A stretch of 64,000 bases of DNA from Bugula neritina (lineage: Eukaryota; Animalia; Bryozoa): the NCBI GenBank assembly GCA_964035545.1, contig OZ037769.1:806001-870000 (forward strand), given 5' to 3'. Position 1 is the first letter of the stretch. The number at the start of each line of letters is the position of its first letter. Made by a program: the position numbers and the translations under genes. Positions 1-13,264 of this stretch are shown one piece after another. The notes beneath the pieces were generated by a model. It was not told the origin of the DNA, did not search any database, and saw only the letters and a list, made by a program, of their open reading frames with translations.

Positions 1-3000
1 CTTGCACTTTCTGATATGACATGAGATGGATCCAGGCTCTTTAGTGCTCTCATAACGACGATATACGGACTGGTTGGCAACCTGTACCAAGAATAGACAT
101 AGGTCTGGGAGAACGGGGCGCCTGCATCACCCCCTATACCTTCGTCTGAAGTCACATTGACTAACGGGAGCTCAGCTATTCCCTGCCTGCTAGACAATAT
201 ACTCTGCAGAACAGAGGAGAAACCCGGCAGATTCTCCAAACTAGAAATACTTCTGTCCACAAAGACGTCTCTCTCTTTGATGATCTGTGTGATACCAGGA
301 TGAGTGATCACATGACCTAGAAAGCAGACGGCAGCAGTGATGTCACTCTGTCAAAAGGTCAACAAAGAGAAAGTCGGCCTACCTATCAAGAAGGTCTTCA
401 ATATTAGACACTGTGATGAAAAGCGCACCACGACGTTACTAACTGATAACTGGTGTAAAGATGTAATGAAATAGTAAAATGGCGGCAGATGTTAGCTGTG
501 AAATCTGATGCGTTGTTGTTGGTGAAACCATGGCAACAAAATATACAATTCAGCATCAATATCAGCAGTTTAACTCACCTTTGACATCTATGAGAAAGGC
601 ATAGAGTCCTTGCTTGTTGGTGTTAGTGACTTTGTCAGTGAGGTCTTCCAGAGATATATCAATGCCGACCACCCCTATGACTCTAGACATCAAAGTGTTT
701 TCTGCTAGACAAGGCAGTGACAGACTTACAACTAGACCTACAAAGGGAGAAGAAGTTGTACAAGACGGGCAAACTAGAATTATGACATTACTAAAAAGGA
801 AATGACATAACCAAATAGGAGATGATGTTACAGCAGAGATCAAATATAAGTTTTAATAAGTAAATATGGAAATTACAAGACCAAGTGTTGTATTGATGTT
901 TACTTCTTTGCTGTTCAAGTCAGTACACAGAACGTTCACAAATATCTAATAAAGCCTTAAGGAAATAGAAGAGTATGAACTGTACAGTGAGCTATGAATA
1001 CCTTGTATACACATAGCAAGCTGCATGCATGCTTCCCGGTGCAAAGCTGTGTGTATTACATACTGTGATAGAGATATCTATTGTCAACAGATAAAACTTA
1101 TTCTACATGTAGAATATGTCAACAGATAAAACTTATTCTACATGTAGAATATTTTAACATGTAGAATATGTTCTATCAGATCCAAAATTGTAGAAAATCT
1201 GCACATCTCAAATTGCTAAAAAGCCAACACCAACAAAGTAAAAGGTGCTGCATATTACTTATACATATCTTCCACCTGCGTGGTGACATTGTAGACTACA
1301 GCTTAGCATCATATAAAATAATATGAACATTAGAAGCACACGCATAATTGCGAGATACAAACTTAGCCAGTGAGAGTGAATGAAAGCAGTGATGAGGCAG
1401 TAACGATATAAAACAACACGTAGTATATACAAACTAGAGCAGCGGATGGAAAGTCTCGCCATCTATACAGTGTCTACAGAAAGAGGTATTCTCTACAGTA
1501 TATCTCTATAGTATATCTACAGTATCTCTACAGTAACTCTACAGTATATCTCTACAGAAAGAGGGACTTTTACAGCATCTCTACAGTATCTCTACAGTAT
1601 ACACTACAGTGTCTCTACAGTATACACTACAGTATCTCTACAGTATACACTACAGTGTCTCTACAGTACTTCTACAGTATTTCTACAGGACTATAAGTAC
1701 CTCTACAGTACTACAAGTATATCTACGCACCCCTATCCATGATGTCGTTGTACGGAGTAGAATACACAGCCTCTCTAGACAGATTCAACAGGCCATGACT
1801 GGACTTATCAACGAAGAGGTTATTGAGAGTGACAGCTACGTCCTCTTCACTGTACACACTGTGGTATATGCCCGGCTACAGGATATGACATCAACTTAGC
1901 AACTTATATTATTAAAAAATGTTTTATAAAGGTATATTATATTATTGTATTGGAGCACATGATTATATTATTGTACCATATATCACATTATTATTCTAAA
2001 CATATCACAGTATATTATTACATAATATTATTGCATACTTACTTATTAATTAATTCTAAAGCCTTTATAGTAAATAAAACAGAGCTTTTCAATCCTAATG
2101 CATATATAAAGAGTAAAAATCTAATCCTTAAAGTTAGTGTTCACTTTGAAACTGACATGGAAATTCAGAACATAATACAATAATATAATACAGTAATATA
2201 ACAATATAATACAATAATACAACAAACTAATACAATACAATACTTCAGTGACAAGATGAAACAACTCCAATACTTGCATTACTCACCGTGACAGCTGCAC
2301 CATTGTACTCAACTTCAAACTTGGAGAAGTTCTGTGAGGAGATATCACGGAGGAAAGTTTCTTCATACATGCCCCCTCCCCCCTCTACAACAATAGAGTA
2401 GAGTATATTATACATATAAGAATAGAGTAGAGTATATTATACATATAAGAATAGAGTAGAGTATATTATACATATAAGAATAGAGTAGAGTATATTATAC
2501 ATATAAGAATAGAGTAGAGAGTATATATTATACATACAACAATAGAGTAGAGTATATTATACATATAAGAATAGAGTAGAGTATATTATACATACAAGAA
2601 TAGAGTAGAGTATATTATACATATAAGAATAGAGTAGAGTATATTATACATATAAGAATAGAGTAGAGTATATTATACATATAAGAATAGAGTAGAGTAT
2701 ATTATACATATAAGAATAGAGTAGAGAGTATATATTATACATACAACAATAGAGTAGAGTATATTATACATATAAGAATAGAGTAGAGTATATTATACAT
2801 ATAAGAATAGAGTAGAGTATATTATACATACAAGAGTAGAGTAGAGTATATTATACATATAAGAGTAGAGTAGAGTATATTATACATATAAGAATAGAGT
2901 AGAGTATATTATACATATAACAATAGAGTAGAGTATATTATACATATAACAATAGAGTATATTATACATATAAGAATAGAGTAGAGTATATTATACATAT

Positions 3001-6000
3001 AAGAATAGAGTAGAGTATAATATACATATAAGAATAGAGTAGAGTATATTATATATATAAGAATAGAGTAGAGTATATTATACATATAAGAATAGAGTAG
3101 AGTATATTATACATAGAATAGAATAGAGTAGAGTATATTATACATATAAGAATAGAGTAGAGTATATTATACATAGAATAGAATAGAGTAGAGTATATTA
3201 TACATATAAGAGTAGAGTAGAGTATATTATACATATAAGAATAGAGTAGACTGAATGAAAGTACATACCATTGAACATGCCGTATGTGTGTATAATGACA
3301 CGGCCAGCATGTGCTCTGTTGCCTTCTGCAATAGCAGTGAACACTTCGTATGGTTCTTCCACACTGTGCAGCAGACCTTTACTGATGTATACCAGCGTAC
3401 CTTCTTCCCCTGTATGTCAGTACATGTTATATCATATCATATCATATCATATTATCTCATAGCATACCATATCGTATTATATTATGTACCATATCATATC
3501 ATGTTATATCATATATTATACCATAATGTATCGTGTCATATATTATGTAGTGTTATATTAGTTATATTAAATGCACATGCAGTATAACTTTACTATCTCC
3601 AGCACACGAGAGCAATAGCTAACCTGAAGGTATAAGAGAGAAGGCAGCCTGTAGCCCTAGAGAATGGTTAGCCTGAACTCTAGAAGTGCTCAGCTCATCT
3701 GTGTAACTACTGAGGGCCGACTTGGTGCGGTGCGTGGCGTATCTCAGACTACACTTGGTAAACGGAGACTCGACGAACCGAGACAGAGTCAAGACTGTTA
3801 CCTGCGCAGATACAACGTGAGCTCTAGAACATTCCACTCATAGTTACAAGTTATACTTATACCTTGGAGGTCCTTCAGCTCAGCTTTATATAGAGCCAGC
3901 ATTCTTGTTGTCAGTCACATGAAATGGCGGGACGTCCACCAAACCAGCCGCATACTTGTCACCAGATAACACAGACATACCAGCTTACTCTGTATAGAAA
4001 CCTGTCCACTACACACCTTTACAGAGCTACACACAGACAGACACACAGGCGGACAGATGAACAGACAGACAGATATATAGAAACAGACAGAACTAACCTT
4101 ATCTGTGGAGGAGAGAGAATAGATGAGTTGTTTGGTAATCTGCTGGGCCGTCTTGAGCTGGGAGGAAGTGAGAGAGTACGAGACGTCTATGAGAATGACG
4201 AGGTTCTTTGGTTCAGGAGACAGCGTACGCACCACGACGTCTCTGTGGAACAGACAGACATAGCAGTTACTGCTCAGTGAGATGTTCATACTCAAAGACA
4301 AGAGCAGCTAATGAGAGTAACTGTCCACCTACCTGTGCCGGTATCCACTGACGACTGAACAAGGCAAGCCACTTCTGGGTCTCATCAAATGAGAGGGAAA
4401 CTCGTTCTGTACTCCTTCACTAGAGACAAAATATTGCCACTTGAGTGCCGGGTATTTCTGTATGTTCTTCGAGACTGTGAAAATAGTTCATGGTACAAAC
4501 TATACGAGCAGAACAATGATGTCTACTAACTATACGAGGAGAACACTGATGTCTACCAACTATACGAGAAGAACACAGATGTCTATAGATTATACGAGGA
4601 GAATACTGGTGGTTATGATCAAGCAATATAGAAATACAGTTATAATATTTGGAGTACTAATAGAATTTATTTGTATCTTAAGCAATGATGCAATCTAAAA
4701 ATAAAGTCAACTAGTTGGAATGTGAAAAAATAATTAAAAATTAGTTTTACAAAATACCAAGATTCGGATTTATTTCAAAGCTCGAGAAATGAAATAAACT
4801 TACAGACTGAGGTGAGATTTCTGCCAGGATTAAACATATGTTTGTTGAAATTAGAAGGGATGAGATCACAGACAGAGTGGAGAGATGTTTGTAGTCTGTT
4901 TTCACTCCCTTCGCCAGTGTCACCTTGCTCACTGCAAACAGTATCAGACTATCTCTGTTAACAAGCAGAGGGATTCAAGAAGGAAAATCACGCTAATCCT
5001 GAGTTGATATGGAACAATATCTCTTCAACAAACACCAACAGAACTCTAGTTCCTTATGGAAGAGCGAAACACAAAATAAAATATAGTATATTACAAAATA
5101 AAATATAGTATATTACAAAATAAAACATGACAAAGACAAGCGGAATAAATAATAAAACATGACACATAGAAATAGTAAAATTTTATACATAATTAATAAG
5201 TGATTACGAGAAAGAAATATATATATATATTAGATATCAGTATAGACAGACCTGAAAGCAGATGTGTTGAGGCTGCAGCAAGACGCTGTGCTGGAGATGG
5301 AACTGCGAAGGTGAAATCTGTAGAGATTCTGTATGACGTCTCTGTTAGTCTTCAACACTTGTATGTAGGAAGTTAGTTTGTCATGTAGTTGCTGGCCCAT
5401 CTGATGGAAACATGAAAGGAGTGTATAGTAGCCGCATAAAACTAGTTTACAGCGTAATGTTAGTTTAAATTTATTGCTACTACTGATAGGCTATTATTAT
5501 AAATTGTGGGAAACTTGTGGGATGGGAATACAGCATAGCGCACCGACCTTGGTGACCTTAGCCTGTAGATCCAAGTCTTCATCTACATAAGTTGATGCAT
5601 CAAACACGCCCTGCAACACAATGCAAGAGTTGTAAGAACACAGCTAGATAAGCTGGAATATAAACAGGGTATTGTCAGCCCATGTAAATCTAACTAACTG
5701 AAATATCTCTAAGGCTAAGTAACTCCAAGATCTCTAAGGCTAAGTAACTCCAAGATCACTATGGCTAAGTAGCTCCAAGATCACTAAGGCTAAGTAACTC
5801 CAAGATCACTAAGTCTAAGTAACTCTAAGATCACTAAGGCTAAGAGGATAGACAGTGAGTCTATATAAGAGAGGTTTATCCCTTTGATACAGTGTAAAGT
5901 ATGAGGATACCTAATACAAGGTAAACATGATAATGTATACAATAAATATTATATCTGAGAGATGAAAGAGATGAAAGAGAACAATGTTTACATTATATTA

Positions 6001-6667
6001 CAGAGTGAAGGTCATCAGCAATACACTATAACACTATTAAGATATGATATAATACATAGCACTATCACTTCAACTGTGTAGATAATACTATACACATGCT
6101 TGATGTGGACTAGAATTTAGCATAAATAATAAATTTAAATATACCATTTATTTTTATATGATATAAATCAAAGGTCAACACCATTGAGTTTGCCTACTGT
6201 CCTTGTATAGCATATATAATTTGGTAATTTGCAATTAAAACAAATATTAAAATATTATTATAACAAGCCTTTGACTTACTCTAAAGACATAAACAGTCAA
6301 ATAGAAAATTTGCTCTAAAAGCAAAAACTGGTTAAAGTATCATTTCTATTCTAATATTATTATATGTGGGAAGAGCAAAGGTTAACTTTACCTGTAGAGT
6401 TGTCACTCCCAGCTCATCATTGGCTAACTCCCGCAGACGGTCTCCAATATGGCTGGCCGCTTTCTTCAAGTTCACACCTCCCCAAATCCGAGAGTCGACG
6501 TCGTCTTGTTCGTCAGTGCGTACGTTGTAGAGGATGGTGGAGTCAGGTTTCATGTTGAACTGAATCTTGCTCAGCTCCGCCATGATGTTCTGTTTATGTG
6601 TGTTATTTTCAGCCAACACAGAGACAGGAAATACTAGAACTAACACTATTACAGTCCCACAATACAT
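1..6667 (-). CDS. CACHD1: VWFA and cache domain-containing protein 1-like (alpha2delta-like); multi-exon, 3' part lies outside the window
   Basis: ATG at 6667 opens a signal-peptide-like MYCGTVIVLVLVFPVSVLA, followed by LRELANDELGVTTLQ. VWA exon 4242-4098 reads PEPKNLVILIDVSYSL. Cache-region exon ~740-578 reads GLVVSLSLPC...VIGVVGIDISL...YAFLIDVKG. Exons are bounded by GT-AG. Family recognised from memory, not by search. Confidence 0.85.
1490..1725. repeat. Degenerate CTACAGTAT-type intronic tandem repeat
   Basis: Repeated ctacagtat(a/c) units. Confidence 0.85.
2392..3251. repeat. 29-nt intronic minisatellite, ~29 copies
   Basis: Unit aatagagtagagtatattatacatataag fills almost the whole CACHD1 intron. 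Confidence 0.95.
5708..5844. repeat. 25-nt tandem repeat, ~5 copies
   Basis: Unit ctaaggctaagtaactccaagatca. Confidence 0.9.
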
Positions 6668-7224
6668 TGCTATATCCTCAGCATTCTTCACATAATCTGC
6701 AGGAAATAAAGCACAGCCCAGGTAAACATGTGTATGCAATAAAATCAAATTAAAATTAATGGCAAAAAATCAAAATAAAAATGATATCCAATATGAATAC
6801 CATAGGCTACTTTTGTTTATCAAATAAAAATATACAATTATATTTAAATAGCCATACACATAAATATCTATATTGAATACAGGCCATAGGGCTAAGCATT
6901 GTAATCAACTTCAAGGCTTGCCATTAAACTTGGCTAGCAATTAAATATATTTTTTATTAATATCATTATTATACATGGCCGTTAAATAGTTATAAGTAAA
7001 AGACTTGAGTTCAAAACTAAATCAAACAGTAAAACTAAAAGCAACTGTGAGTTACTCCAAGTAGATTCATGCGCAAGACTTTCAATTTAAGTGATTACCA
7101 AAGCTCAAAGGTATAGAAAATAATTAGAGATAAAACCTAAACTTAAAGGCTAAAACTTAAAGTAAAGGTCAAGTTGACACAGCCTGGCAGCGGTGGTGTG
7201 GCTGTGGGTAGAACTGGATATATT

Positions 7225-7274
7225 ACTAGTACTTCAACTCTACCTCTGGGCCTTCTAGTGAGTGGTAGTACTGG

Positions 7275-7311
<37 letters not shown>

Positions 7312-7742
7312 GCTACTACTACTACTGCTGCTACTACTACTACTGCTACTACTACTACTAGTACTACTACTACTACTGCTACTACTACTACTGCTGCTAC
7401 TACTACTACTACTGCTACTACTACTACTGCTGCTACTACTACTAGTACTACTACTACTACTACTGCTGCTACTACTAGTAGTACTAGCTACTAGCCCTAG
7501 GCCTAGAAGCTAGGAGTAAGACACTGGTGATTGGATAAGATTGAGAGTCAGAGTGGCAGTATGAGTAGGCAGTAGCTGTAGGTCTATTTCTAATACTACT
7601 AGTACTAGTACTCACTTTCAGTACTAGTAGTATTAGTAGTAACAGTAGCACTAGCAGTAGACGTAGTAGTACTAGTAGCATTACTAGTACTAGTAAGTAC
7701 TACTAGTAGTAGTACAGGTACTAGTTACTACTAGTACTAGTA
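7225..7742. repeat. (ACT)n/(AGT)n microsatellite and degenerate flanks
   Basis: Long actactact/gct run. Confidence 0.95.
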
Positions 7743-8550
7743 AAAATTATAAAATAAAAATCTTGATCTTGACCTTACTCTGCTACAACTCCAAGTGCAG
7801 TAGCAATAGATAACTTACTGTAAAGTGGAAAACCTTCAAAAATATGATTTAAGCTCAAATTAATATTTCAATAGCATTAGGCTAAAGGGATAAAGCTTAG
7901 CCAACACTTGAGTTACTGTTAGTATAAATAAAAATAGAACTTGATCGTCTGGTGCTTCAAGGTAATCTTATTTATGAACTGTTGACTCGATATCCTCTTT
8001 TGGGCTCATAGCGATTCCAGCTGAAAATAGTTTCCCAGCGAAAGTCATGCATGGCCGCATTCATACAGAGAGGGTAACTCTATAGTATAATCGATCGTTT
8101 TTGAACAATTATTTTTATCTGTCTTCAAAGGAGAATTATAGCTAAAGACGATATAGCTCTCCAATATTATAGCAAGTTTCTTTACAATACCTGCTGATTA
8201 TACAATATAATAACATATTATAATGCCTTATGCCCTTACCATTTACGTAAAAGGTATGAAAAAGTCAAGTGCTTTTTAACTAGACACAGTTTTAATGTTA
8301 ACAGCTCAAAGTTTTTTGTTCATAAAATATTTATTGCATTATATTATATGTATATAATATTGTGTGATATAACATTATATGATACAATATTGATTTTAGC
8401 TTGTCCAAGAAGCATAAATAAATACATTAAAAACTATTTTCTAGTATCAGTGACAAAGATGTCTTGATATAAACAACATATTAGAACATGTGAGAATCTA
8501 AAACTAGACATCAATGTTCAGTTGAATTTCCTCACACAACCTATTGACCT

Positions 8551-8706
8551 TTAGACTGGAATCAGAGCTCCCCTTTTCTACTAGGTATAGTCTAAGTTCC
8601 TTGATTACGGCTTCAGGTATGCATGAGCTCCCTGTAAACAAGTTCTAGGTGTATGAAACATGTCTTAGGATAACAACTGATGCAGTGGTAAAAGGAAGTA
8701 AAAATG

Positions 8707-8772
<66 letters not shown>

Positions 8773-11700
8773 AATATACAATATAGATATATAATATAAA
8801 TATATAATATTATTATATAATATAGATATATAATATAAATATATAATATAAATATATAAAATAAATATATAATATAAATACATAATAATACAACTTATTC
8901 TAATATTGAGACATTTTCAAAATACTTGAGAAGCCATGAAAAAAAGAAAGTTGAAAAATAGGCTTAAGTTTTGCTTGTAACAAAATACTATATTACCTGA
9001 AACACAGTATTACAGGTAATACTATAGTATATTCAATACTGGGTTACAGAAATAACAGTTAACACTTGTCATAGCAACAATGTATATTATTCATGTATTC
9101 ATAGAAGGTACCTTTCAGTGAGCCGGTCAGCTGTTTAATACACTTACAGGAAGCTTCACGTACAGCAGAGTACTTACTCTCACCTGTAAATATAGAGAGT
9201 AAGTACAATACACATACTACATACATACTATATAACTGAGAGAGCTACATACAGGTAAGTAATACTTACAGGTAAGTAATACTTACTAGCTGATTTGATT
9301 GCTGCTGAAATCATTTGTTCAGAGAATGACTGAGTTGACCAATCAGACGAGGACATAGCATTCAACTCTGTCCTATAATAAAGTGAGAATGAATACATCA
9401 AGTCACATCTACTAAGATGGCTTCTGGAGGAGATGCACTAAACTCAGCAGTTTGTCTGTCTGTTAATTATATAAACTTATAACTGATATTCGTTTCCTAA
9501 AACTTCAAACCCCAGACAGATTACATAATCTCTAACTTTTGTTTTTTTATTGAGAAAAAGTGGAGCAATTTCCATTATTTTAACAGAGCAAATGTGTTGA
9601 AGTATTCATTTAGCTGGGGGTCAAAGGTTATCCACTTCATAGTATGACACCCTGTATCACGCAGTATGACACCCTGTATCACATAGTATGACACCCTGTA
9701 GCACATAGTATGACACCCTGTATCACATAGTATGACACCCTGTATCACATAGTATGACACCCTGTAGCACGTTGTATGACACCCTGTGACACATAGTATG
9801 ACACCCTGTAAAGATGTACCTGGAAAGTATAGACAGGAGGGAAGTCCAGATGGCCAGCTGCTCCCTCCACGTCACTTTCTCCAGTCTGCTGAGTAGGAGA
9901 CTGGTGGTAGTGGATATCCATCCTCCTAGAACAGAGTTTATCCAGACATAGTCTAACAACATGTCTACACTTTAGTAGGGACTTTTAGAGTTGAACTCCA
10001 TGTACTCACAGTCACATTAACAGGCAGTAGCAAATGATTTCATGTACACAACAGACACGAAATGCTAATATTTCTTGCCGGACTCTATAATGTAAGTTCT
10101 CTAATCAAATAGGCACTGGCACATCTACTGTGTATATCTCAGTTTATCCTTCCCACCTTCCAACACACTCACATCATGTGACACACAGTGACGCCATGTG
10201 ACATACACATAGTAATGTCATGTGACACTAACCCTGGGTTCCCTGGTGAGTGTCTGTAGGCCACGCCTTCCCCAGTGCCCTAAAGCCGGCCTCTCTCAGT
10301 TGAATCAGCAGCTGCTGACTGACCTCTTCGTCTTCATGTTTATCCATGTTGAGGTACGGAGACACAATCTTGTAGAGGTCACTGTACTTATCCGCCTTCA
10401 GCGAGTCCAACACTTCACTCATACACTTGACAGCTGGTATCTGGGGACAGTATAGACAGTATATAGGATATACAGCTAGTATCTGGGGACAGTATAGACA
10501 GTATATAGGATATACAGCTGGTATCTGGAGACAGTATAGACAGTATATAGGATATACAGCTAGTATCTGGAGACAGTATAGACAGTATATAGGATATACA
10601 GCTGGTATCTGGGGACAGTATAGACAGTATAGGATGTGAGTTTGTAAGTAATTATATAACATTTCTCGTGAGATCTAACTGGGCTGATTAGTGCTCTAAC
10701 AGAGTAGCTCATTAGTCTATAGAACCAGCCAATAGTAAATCAGAACTCAACCAATAACATGTGAGCCAATCATATCTTTGATTTCATGATTCAACACACA
10801 AGTCCAATGAAAAACGTTTACTGCATAGAAAAGTTATGTTGAATAGTACAGTGTGGCCCATAGAGTGCATATACAGTTATGTTCAGATTAGTAGGTATAG
10901 TTAGGATAGAGATAGTATAACTACTTTGTATGCAACAGACTCTTTACTGGCTTCCTTTAGGCAAGCGTTGAGAATGTCTTCAGTGTTTATAGAAGTATCG
11001 GAAGAGATCAATGCGGATGAGCAAGTCCTGCAGACATCAGAGATTGCGGTTAGTAGAGCTTCCTGTATACCAAAGTCGTAGAATAGTTACTACATATATA
11101 TACAATATGGTAGCCATAGATATATAATACACACTGGAAAGGCTAGATAAAGTATACTATATATACAATATGGTAGCCATAGATATATAATACACGCTGG
11201 AATGGCTAGATAAAGTATACTAAATATACAATATGGTAGCCATAGATATATAATACACACTGGAATGGCTAGATAAAGTATATTATATATACAATATGGT
11301 AGCCATAGATATATAATACACGCTGGAATGGCTAGATAAAGTATACTATATATATACAATATGGTAGCCATAGATATATAATACACACTGGAATGGCTAG
11401 ACACTCATACAACAAAGTCCAATACATTCTCTAATCACAGAGCACACCACAATAGAGCAGGTTATACCTTCCCATTCCACGTCCTGCCAGATAGCCCTGA
11501 GACTAAAGAAGATACGAGTTGCGAAAGGTGGGCTGCCTCCATATTACCACCCGCAGATTTTGCTATAGTCGCTATAGCCGCCGCAGCTTGAGCCTGCAAT
11601 ATGTAACTCTTGTAACACTTTACGCGTAGAAAACTTTATAACATCTTATGTTGACCTTCCTCAAACTAAATACTCAGTACACAAAGTTCAAGGAAACCAA

Positions 11701-13230
11701 AAACTATAAAAATTAATATTTGGAACCTTTTCTGTTTCTATTAGGACAAAGTAAAGAGTGATGATGCTAAATTATCAGATATATTAGCACATGTGTGACA
11801 ACAAAGTGATGTGACGTGACATACCTTGGTGTCCCAAGACGATGACTGGAGCGCAGTGTCAGTTATAGAGATAAACTCACTGATGTAGAGTCTCACTGCG
11901 TTGTCTGTGCCAATAGTGACTTCATTCCACACCTCCCTCCAGACGTTGTCCCCAGTAGTAGTACTAGCAGTGGTACTGTGACTAACAGTAGTACTAGTAC
12001 TGACAGTAGTACTAGTAGGTGGAGAGTGCATGGCTAGGAATACGAGGGGAAGAACTCGAGTTTTGTGATTATTCAGAGTGTCCGGACAAATGTCGGCCAT
12101 TGCCTTCAGCACGAGTCCACACGTTTCCTTCAAGTTAGAGTCTAAAGTAGATAATATAATACAATTATATAATACAATAATATAAGATAATATAATCAAT
12201 GATAAATTATCATATTATAATACAATAAAATAACACAACCATAATAAAATATAACATAAACATGTAAAATGTAATAATATCTGGCACAGTATATTGCTAT
12301 AGCATAGTATACTACTGCTACAATATATTGCTATAGCACAGTATATTGCTTTAGCATAGTATACTACTGCTACAATATATTGCTATAGCACAGTATGCTG
12401 TAATAGTAGAATAATGCTCACCCTGTTTCTCCATGTACCAGTCATACAGCTTCCCCAGTAACTTCTCCACACTAGAATCTTTAGCCAGTTTACACACATT
12501 AGCTAGAGAGGTGGCATAACTCCTTCTGATGGTAGAATTCCTATCAGTAAGTCCATTGAACAAGGCCGTCATCAACTTACCTATCATATTATAGTAAGTA
12601 TAGTAAGTAACTTACCTACCATATTATAGTAAGTATAGTAAGTAACTTACATAGCATATTATAGTAAGTATAGTAAGTAACTTACCTACCATATTATAGT
12701 AAGTATAGTAAGTAACTTACCTACCATATTATAGTAAGTATAGTAAGTAACTTACATAGCATATTATAGTAAGTATAGTAAGTAACTTACCTACCATATT
12801 ATAGTAAGTATAGTAAGTAACTTACCTACCATATTATAGTAAGTATAGTAAGTAACTTACCTACCATATTATAGTAAGTATAGTAGGTAACTTACCTATC
12901 ATATTATAGTAAGTACAGTATATAACGTATATGATGATGATATATCACATTCTATACAAGGCAGAACATCTGGGAAGAGGGTTAGCCTCAGAGACAGCCT
13001 ACCAGTGAAGGGTTGCATGGTCTCCAGCCCGCACTGAGAGCAGAGAGCACTGATCACTGTGGCTATCCCCACCTTAGTACCGAGTCCAATACTATTCTTT
13101 ATGAGATCCGTAAGACGAGGGACAATATCTGGCAACACGCTGCCGTCTACTTGCTGTATGCACTACAAGACAGACAAGAGTGTGTAAGAGACAGACAGAC
13201 AGACATATATAAGAGAGAGACACACAGATG

Positions 13231-13264
<34 letters not shown>

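Noticed and set aside
7174-7681. Poly-Thr / poly-Leu ORFs (also ~20952-21656 and 63110-63514)
   Set aside because: Translations of (ACT)n microsatellites.
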